From Burkholderiales bacterium (lineage in GTDB: Bacteria > Pseudomonadota > Gammaproteobacteria > Burkholderiales > SG8-39): 64,000 nucleotides of DNA. The translations under genes were made by a program, and so were the position numbers. This document shows positions 57,854 to 64,000 of this stretch, piece by piece. The DNA lies in the NCBI GenBank assembly GCA_046160305.1, contig JBJXGX010000160.1, positions 4,219 through 68,218 on the forward strand. Reading direction: 5' to 3'. How positions within the stretch are numbered: the first letter of the stretch is position 1; every line of letters begins with the position of its first letter. The notes under the pieces are model-generated. The model had not been told where the DNA came from, did no database searches, and worked only from the letters and a program-made list of their open reading frames with translations.

Positions 57854-59035
57854 ATGCAACTCGATGGCATCCGCGTCGTCGATCTGACCCGCATCCTCTC
57901 CGGACCATTTTGTTCGATGTTCCTTGCGGACATGGGCGCGGAGGTGATCAAGATCGAAGACCCCGATGAAGGTGATCCCGTTCGCAAGCAGGGCGCGGCG
58001 CGCAACGGGTACTCGCTCTATTTCGCCAATTTCAATCGCAACAAGCGTTCGCTCACCCTCGATCTTCGCACCGACGACGGACGCGAGATCTTGCGAAGCC
58101 TCGTGCGGAAGGCCGATGTCGTCGTCAACAACTATCGGCCCGGCGTCATGGACAAGATGGGCTTCGGACGTGACGCATTGCGTGCGGTGAAGCCCGATAT
58201 CGTCAGTTGCCACGTCACCGGCTTTGGCCTTGACGGACCCTATGCGAGTCGCCCATCGTTCGATTTCATTGCACAGGCGATGAGCGGATTCATGAGTGTC
58301 AACGGCGATCCGAACGGGCCGCCGATGCGCGCGGCGCCGCCGATCTCCGATCTGGTTGCGGGTGCCTATGCGGCGATGGGCATCCTTGCAGCGCTAGTGC
58401 GGCGGGCGCGCACCGGGGAGGGCGAGGAGGTCGCGACTGCGCTTACAGACGGCATGACCAGCATGCTCGCGTTTCTGGCGACCAACTGGTTCGCGACGGG
58501 CAATCTGCCGTTGCGAACCGGGAACGATCACGCACTCGCGTCCCCGTACGGCCTCTTCGAAGCCTCCGATGGCCAGGTTGCGATCGCGCCAAGCAACGAT
58601 ACGTACTACTTCAAGTTGCTCGCCGCGCTCGATCTGGAGCATCTCCGGGATCGGCCGGAATTCAACACCAACGACAGCCGCTTCGAGCATCGCGGGGCGA
58701 TCAATGCGGCCTTGAACGAGCGGACCCGCAAGAAATCCATCGCCCACTGGATCGATGTGCTGAACAAAGCGGGCATCCCGTGCGGGCGGGTGTTGAACAT
58801 CGGCGAGGTGTTCGCCGACCCGCAGACCGTACATCAGCGTATGCGCATCACGATCGATCACCCGCTGCATGGTCCACTTGATGTGCTCGGATTTCCGATC
58901 AAGTTCACCGATGCGCCTTGCCGCATGCATCGTCCGCCGCCCGCGCTGGGCGCCGATACGGACGAAATTCTTCGCGATCTGGGACTGAGCAAGTCCAAGA
59001 TCGCCGGGCTGCGCGAGCGAAGTGTGATCCGCTAG
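57854..59035 (+). CDS. family III CoA-transferase (CaiB/BaiF)
   Basis: 393 aa. The N-terminal LDGIRVVDLTRILSGPFCSMFLADMGAEVIKIE is the family hallmark. Confidence 0.9.
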   Translation: MQLDGIRVVDLTRILSGPFCSMFLADMGAEVIKIEDPDEGDPVRKQGAARNGYSLYFANFNRNKRSLTLDLRTDDGREILRSLVRKADVVVNNYRPGVMDKMGFGRDALRAVKPDIVSCHVTGFGLDGPYASRPSFDFIAQAMSGFMSVNGDPNGPPMRAAPPISDLVAGAYAAMGILAALVRRARTGEGEEVATALTDGMTSMLAFLATNWFATGNLPLRTGNDHALASPYGLFEASDGQVAIAPSNDTYYFKLLAALDLEHLRDRPEFNTNDSRFEHRGAINAALNERTRKKSIAHWIDVLNKAGIPCGRVLNIGEVFADPQTVHQRMRITIDHPLHGPLDVLGFPIKFTDAPCRMHRPPPALGADTDEILRDLGLSKSKIAGLRERSVIR

Positions 59036-59076
59036 TTCGCACATCGGCGGCCCATTCACCGAGACCGAGGAGAACC

Positions 59077-59844
59077 ATGAGCACCTTCGCAAACAAGACG
59101 ATTATCGTCACTGGTGGCGCCGGAGGCATCGGCGGGGCAACGTGCCGCCGCTTCGCGCAAGCGGGCGGGCGTGTCGGCATCCTCGATTTGAATGTCGACG
59201 CGGCTCGGGGTTTGGCGGGCGAAATCGAGGCGGCGGGTGGCCGGGCGGAAGCGATGCGCTGTGATATCACCGATGCCGCGAGTGTGCGCGATGCGGTGGC
59301 TGCGAGCATCGAACGCCTGGGTGCCATCGACGTTCTCGTCAACAACGCGGGTTGGGATGTGTTTCGGCCTTTCGTCAAGACCGATCCCGCCCTCTGGGAG
59401 CGGTTGATTGCCGTCAATCTCATCGGGGCGCTGCATATGCATCACGCGGTGCTGCCGGGGATGGTTGAACGCAGGCAAGGGCGGATCGTCAATGTCTCCT
59501 CCGATGCGGCGCGGGTCGGATCGTCAGGTGAAGCTGTCTATGCCGCCTGCAAAGGCGGCTTGGTCGCCTTCTCCAAAACGCTTGCACGCGAGCATGCCCG
59601 GCATGGCATCACCGTCAATGTGGTGTGTCCCGGGCCGACCGACACAGCGCTCTTCGACGGTTTCAAGAATGCCGCCGGCAATCCGGAGAAACTCGTGCAA
59701 GCCTTCGAGCGGTCGATTCCACTCGGTCGCATCGGCAAGCCCGACGATCTGCCTGGTGCGATCCTATTCTTCGCAAGTGATGATGCCGCCTATATCACCG
59801 GGCAGGTCCTCAGTGTCTCGGGTGGCCTGACAATGAGCGGATGA
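59077..59844 (+). CDS. SDR family oxidoreductase
   Basis: ATG at 59077, preceded by GAGGAG. Contains TGGAGGIGG, NNAG and YAACKGG. Confidence 0.9.
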   Translation: MSTFANKTIIVTGGAGGIGGATCRRFAQAGGRVGILDLNVDAARGLAGEIEAAGGRAEAMRCDITDAASVRDAVAASIERLGAIDVLVNNAGWDVFRPFVKTDPALWERLIAVNLIGALHMHHAVLPGMVERRQGRIVNVSSDAARVGSSGEAVYAACKGGLVAFSKTLAREHARHGITVNVVCPGPTDTALFDGFKNAAGNPEKLVQAFERSIPLGRIGKPDDLPGAILFFASDDAAYITGQVLSVSGGLTMSG

Positions 59845-59941
59845 AGATGCGCTACGACAGCGAAAAATCGCGTGCAATCGTGAACCCGCCGCAGGGAAAA
59901 CACGCAATGAATTTCCGCGAAATAACGAGACAGGCCGACCA

Positions 59942-61096
59942 ATGAATCCTTACCTCGACCACGACCTAGTGGCCTTATCCGAGCACGTCCGCCGATTTGC
60001 TACGGAGCGGATAGCACCGGGTTTTCAGGAGCGCGATCGCACGCGCACGCTTGATCGCACGCTGATGCGCGCGATGGGTGAATTGGGATTGATCGCGCCG
60101 GAGTTGCCGGAACATTTTGGCGGGCAGGGGTTGGGATGCCTCGCGAGCGGCGTCATCGTCGAGGAGATTTCGCGCGCGGATCTCAGCATGGCCTATGTTC
60201 AACTGCTGGGCTCGCTCAACGCGCAGATTCTCTCGCAGCACGGCAATCCCGACGTGACGCGCCCGTGGCTCGACCGCCTCACGCGCGGGGAAGCCCTGGT
60301 GGCACTGGCGCTTACTGAACCGCGAGGCGGATCGGATGCGGCCAATCTTCGCCTGAGGATGGAGCGGGTCGGCGACGAGTACGTATTGAACGGCGAGAAG
60401 ACTTCGATCTCGGCCGCCGATCAGGCTGATGCCGCGGTTGTGTTCGGGCGCACGGGTGCCGCCGACGCGGGCGCCCGCGGTGTCTCAGCGCTCCTGGTCC
60501 CGATGACACTTGCGGGTATCACGCGCAGCCGTTTTGATTGTCATGGGCAACGCGCGATTGGGCGTGGCTCGATATTTTTCGAGAACGTGCGGGTTCCGGC
60601 CGATCATCTGCTTGGTCGCGCCGGCGAGGGCTTCATGCAAGTCATGCAAGGCTTTGATTTCTCGCGCGCGCTCATCGGTCTGCAATGCCTCGCCGTGGCG
60701 AAGGTGAGTCTCGAGGAAACCTGGGCGTATGTGGCGGAGCGTCAGGCGTTCGGCAAGACGTTGTCGGCCTTTCAAGGCGTCTCGCATCCGCTCGCCGAAT
60801 TTGAAACGCAGGTGGAAGCGGCCCGGCTGCTGTGCCTGCAGACGCTTTGGCTCAAGGATCGCGGTGCACCGCACACCGCCGAAGCCGCGATGTGCAAGTG
60901 GTGGGGGCCCAAACTCGCGTACGAGGCTGTTCAATCCTGTCTTCTCATGCACGGCCATGGCGGCTACGACCGCGAGCTGCCCTTCGAGCAGCGCCTGCGT
61001 GATCTGCTCGGTTTTCATATCGGCGATGGCACCGCGCAGATCATGAAGACCATCATCGCTCGCCAGCGCGCGGGGCGTGCGGCGGTGCCGAACTAG
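59942..61096 (+). CDS. acyl-CoA dehydrogenase
   Basis: 384 aa with a canonical ACAD layout (LTEPRGGSDAANL). The C-terminal Glu region is present. Confidence 0.9.
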   Translation: MNPYLDHDLVALSEHVRRFATERIAPGFQERDRTRTLDRTLMRAMGELGLIAPELPEHFGGQGLGCLASGVIVEEISRADLSMAYVQLLGSLNAQILSQHGNPDVTRPWLDRLTRGEALVALALTEPRGGSDAANLRLRMERVGDEYVLNGEKTSISAADQADAAVVFGRTGAADAGARGVSALLVPMTLAGITRSRFDCHGQRAIGRGSIFFENVRVPADHLLGRAGEGFMQVMQGFDFSRALIGLQCLAVAKVSLEETWAYVAERQAFGKTLSAFQGVSHPLAEFETQVEAARLLCLQTLWLKDRGAPHTAEAAMCKWWGPKLAYEAVQSCLLMHGHGGYDRELPFEQRLRDLLGFHIGDGTAQIMKTIIARQRAGRAAVPN

Positions 61097-61178
61097 TCAC
61101 CGCGTCTTTCGTCACTGCAGCATCTCGCGGTCCGCATGTGCGCGATGCGCCGTTGATTCAACCGGCAGGAAGAACCGC

Positions 61179-62003
61179 GTGACGACACACGAAAATTCAG
61201 ACGAGCGCGCGCTGCTGACGGTGGCAACCTACAATGTTCTGGCGACCGCCTACATTGGGCATGGCATGTTTCCGCGCAGCGCGCCGGCGTTACTCGATCC
61301 GAGGCGCCGCCTTCCCGCGTGCGCGGCACATATCAAACGCCTCGACGCCGATGTGGTGTGTCTGCAGGAAGTTGAAGACGTCATGTATGCCGAAATCGAT
61401 CGCTGTCTTGCACCGGTGGGGTATCGTGGCGCACTGACCAAAAAAGGCGGTGGCAAGCCTGACGGTTGTGCGGTGTTCGCGCGCGGGCCAAGAGTAGAGT
61501 TCGTCAAGGTCATGCGCGTTGACTACGACGACGCGGTGCCGGGGCAATCGCGATCAGGTCACATCGCACAACTGAGCGTCGTGAAACATGGCGGGCGATT
61601 GCTGGGAATCGCCAACACCCATTTGAAATGGGATCGGCCGGGCACGCCCAGCACACTTCGATTTGGTACGCGGCAGATGCGGCAATTGTTTGATGTGCGT
61701 CGCACGCTTGCACCTGAGTGCGCCGGATGGATCATTTGCGGCGACTTCAATGTCGTTGCGGAAGATGAGGTCGCGTGCCTTCTTTTGGAAGCCGGATTCA
61801 CCTATAGCCACGCCGGGTATCCGGATGCCGCGACCTGCAACGCGAATGGACGCGCGAGGATGATCGATTTCATGTTTCATGATGCGTCACTGCGATCGAC
61901 GCCGATTGCCCTGCCCCCGGTCGGCGACCAAACGCCATTGCCCGGCCCGGATGAACCCTCGGATCATCTTGCAGTGGTCGCGCGGTTCCAGTGGGCGGCC
62001 TGA
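61179..62003 (+). CDS. endonuclease/exonuclease/phosphatase (EEP) family protein
   Basis: The proposed start is GTG 61179, preceded by AGGAAG. Contains YNVLA, CLQEV, GDFN and SDHL, the EEP catalytic motifs. Confidence 0.75.
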   Translation: MTTHENSDERALLTVATYNVLATAYIGHGMFPRSAPALLDPRRRLPACAAHIKRLDADVVCLQEVEDVMYAEIDRCLAPVGYRGALTKKGGGKPDGCAVFARGPRVEFVKVMRVDYDDAVPGQSRSGHIAQLSVVKHGGRLLGIANTHLKWDRPGTPSTLRFGTRQMRQLFDVRRTLAPECAGWIICGDFNVVAEDEVACLLLEAGFTYSHAGYPDAATCNANGRARMIDFMFHDASLRSTPIALPPVGDQTPLPGPDEPSDHLAVVARFQWAA

Positions 62004-62301
62004 CAGGGTGTTAGCGGCAAATGCGGAATTGTGTTGTGAGCGATCGATGGGGTGCGTGCGTAGGGTGGTCGTTTTGTCCGCGGCGCCATCCATTGGCATG
62101 CATCGGTCGCCGCGCCACCGCGTCCGCTGACCACCGGCATGGATCGGCAAGGCTGCGGCGCTGATGTGCTGTTGCGCACGGTCACCGAACGTCTCACGGC
62201 GCACGGACCGTGCTGCGTGGATCGACGGTCACCGCGGATACTTGACGCGTCTGCCGCAAACGCCGTTATGATTGAGGCGACATCCACCGTGGGAGCACGC
62301 C

Positions 62302-63138
62302 ATGCAGCTTGCCGCTGAACGTCCTTCGGCAGTTTCGATTCGCGCCAAGATGAACTATATCGTCGACACCGGCACGCCGCCGGTGCGCTATATCGACTGG
62401 CCGGAGATGGCGCACAAGGAAATTGCGCCGACCTATGCGCTGCACGACGTTGTGATCCGCAACGGCCGACCTCTGCGCGACACCTTCAAGCTCGACTTGC
62501 ATGGCTTCGTCTTCACCGATCATCACACCAGCATTCAGGATTTCACTGACGAGGCCGAGCGCAAGCATGTGTATGACTCCGAGGTCGCCGGGTTGATCAA
62601 GCAACATTCCGGCGCCTCCGACGTTGTGGTGTTCGACCACACGATCCGCGTCGGGGATGAGAAGGTTCAGCTATCGACGGGCGCGCGGCCACCGGTAAAG
62701 GGCGTGCACAACGACTATACCGAGGCCTCGGCACCGCGGCGGCTGCGCGAGATCGTCGGCGACGCGGAGGCCGAGCGGCGCTTCAAGAAGCGTTGGGCGA
62801 TCATCCAGGTTTGGCGACCGATCCGCGGCACGGTGATGGTCGATCCGCTCGGAATCTGCGACGGACGCACGATCCCACAGAAGGGCTTCATCCTGGTGCA
62901 GCGGCGGTACAAGGAGCGCACCGGTGAGGTCTATCACATCGCCTACAATCCCGAGCACGCTTGGTACTGGTTCCCGCGAATGGCGCGCAACGAAGCGATG
63001 GTGTTCAAGGTGTTCGACGCCGACACAAACGTGCCGACGCGCTTCACCGCACATTCGGCCTTCGAAGATCCTGACACGCCGCTCAACGCCCCGCCACGCG
63101 AAAGCATCGAGACCAGGACCTTCGCGTTCTGGGATTGA
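62302..63138 (+). CDS. CmcJ/AsaB-like hydroxylase family protein
   Basis: ATG at 62302, preceded by GGGAG. Contains GVHNDYT and QVWRPI, motifs typical of the CmcJ/NvfI-like family. Confidence 0.55.
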   Translation: MQLAAERPSAVSIRAKMNYIVDTGTPPVRYIDWPEMAHKEIAPTYALHDVVIRNGRPLRDTFKLDLHGFVFTDHHTSIQDFTDEAERKHVYDSEVAGLIKQHSGASDVVVFDHTIRVGDEKVQLSTGARPPVKGVHNDYTEASAPRRLREIVGDAEAERRFKKRWAIIQVWRPIRGTVMVDPLGICDGRTIPQKGFILVQRRYKERTGEVYHIAYNPEHAWYWFPRMARNEAMVFKVFDADTNVPTRFTAHSAFEDPDTPLNAPPRESIETRTFAFWD

Positions 63139-63194
63139 GCAGCGCCGCCGAACGCGCGGGCTGGTGCGTAGGCAAGCAAGGGAAGGCGGCTGCG

Positions 63195-63873
63195 CTAACC
63201 TAGTCCCCAGGATTTCAGGTAGAAGCGTTTCATTGCCGCGAAAGGTCGGTCCTTGCCGGCGTGGCGCTTGAGCTTCTCCAAGATCCGCCGCTTCTTGTCA
63301 TCCGTGAATTGGCCTTCCTGGGGTGTAAGGACCAGCGTCTCCAGTTCGTCGTAGTGGTTCCAGCGCAGCCGTAGCAACTCCGTACGGTTGAGGCCTAGAA
63401 TCTCTTCAACCGCCTTGTGAGCACGCTTGGCTCGAGCAGACGTCCCTCTCGCGACGATCCAAACCTCTTCGGTCTCAGGGTCAGCCTTCCAGGCGAATAG
63501 CTGATCAGGATCCACCATGTAGGGATCAAGCAGGTTGGCGTTCTCGGCTGAAAGAAGTTTCCTTCTGGCAGCTCAAGGTGTAGTAGTCGTAACAGTACGC
63601 GAGCCACCAGTACTCGCTCTTGGGGCGGAAGTGTTCGACGTCGCCGTGCGCTACCGCCGCGGTATCTGCTTCGCAATAGGCGCACTTGTTGGACGAATCG
63701 AGCTTCAGCTGACCCTTGGCTTTCGGCCAAACCTGTCGAGCCTTGGGCTTGAAGTCCACAGTTCCGTTGTCGCTATAGTAGTACTCAAGCAGCTTCCCGA
63801 GTTTGGCTTCCAGCACCGTTCCGGTGAATCCGCCCAACAGATTTGCCGCCCGAGTGCGTTGAAGCTGAATCAC
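63195..63873 (-). pseudogene. HNH nuclease gene (TIGR02646/PtuB-like), interrupted by a frameshift
   Basis: The N-terminal ORF (63526..63873) carries CAYCE...HGDVEHFRPK. The C-terminal ORF (63195..63518) is in another frame and carries the expected LLDP...ILGLNRTELLRLR part. Both frames are open over 63529-63572. Confidence 0.6.
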
Positions 63874-64000
63874 TTTTTGCCCTCCAATGACCCAAGCGCC
63901 GCGCGGAGCTTTCTGGCGGATACGGCCGGGCGATTGCCGTTCTTGGAGATGGAGGTCCTGATCTCCTTCAGCAGTGCAACCTGCTCTCGTGCATAACGAG
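63870..64000 (-). CDS. partial CDS (about 42 C-terminal codons) of unknown function, running off the window
   Basis: The open frame ends ...LLKEIRTSISKNGNRPAVSARKLRAALGSLEGKK. Its TGA stop overlaps the GTG start of the HNH gene as GTGA. Confidence 0.5.
   Translation of the reverse strand, partial: RYAREQVALLKEIRTSISKNGNRPAVSARKLRAALGSLEGKK

Noticed and set aside
63535-63996. 153-aa plus-strand ORF at the right edge
   Set aside because: It is antisense to the HNH ORF and to the partial upstream gene, both of which show motif or coupling evidence. It has no motif of its own.

Overview
This is a high-GC chromosomal segment that looks like Betaproteobacteria or Burkholderiales. The evidence is four Bug/TctC-type periplasmic receptors, an rpsF-priB-rpsR-rplI operon, rnr-rlmB next to tRNA-Leu(CAG), and a phaP-phaC-phaB cluster. 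About 60 genes are supported.

Most of the window is a patchwork of small catabolic modules:
- 1-12.1 kb: a Rieske oxygenase, GST, methyltransferase, ACAD-fold monooxygenase and a TRAP transporter with a tandemly duplicated receptor.
- 12.5-22.4 kb: a LysR regulator, NmrA-like protein, hydrolase, aminotransferase, AcuI-like reductase, amidase and cyclodeaminase.
- 28.9-34.7 kb: a MaoC dehydratase, CitE-like lyase, amidohydrolase, dienelactone hydrolase and a VanA-like oxygenase.
- 37-44.7 kb: a six-gene minus-strand operon.
- 55.2-63.1 kb: a P450, ferredoxin, CoA-transferase, SDR and ACAD.

A housekeeping block sits at 44.9-54.2 kb. I found no rRNA, CRISPR array, integrase or transposase gene.

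The items most worth a second look:
1. A split Rieske oxygenase co-translated with a GST, resembling NdmCDE (2289-4633).
2. A 164-bp MITE-like insertion with a target-site duplication that cuts the P450-linked ferredoxin off from its original start codon (56490-56670).
3. An AT-rich 690-bp gap after rplI holding an orphan minus-strand intrinsic terminator next to a CUUCCUCCCUG motif. This is a candidate sRNA (50076-50670).
4. Two exported class I methyltransferases, one with a Tat signal.
5. A family of intergenic palindromic elements that share a central CGCGGAYCG..TCG core.
6. A seven-blade FG-GAP lipoprotein with a (GGC)10 tract.
7. A frameshifted PtuB/TIGR02646-like HNH nuclease gene, at the right edge where G+C drops, translationally coupled to a gene that runs off the window.

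All family assignments come from reading motifs in the translated ORFs. No database search was run. Many start codons are uncertain because the ORF track also counts GTG and TTG as starts.
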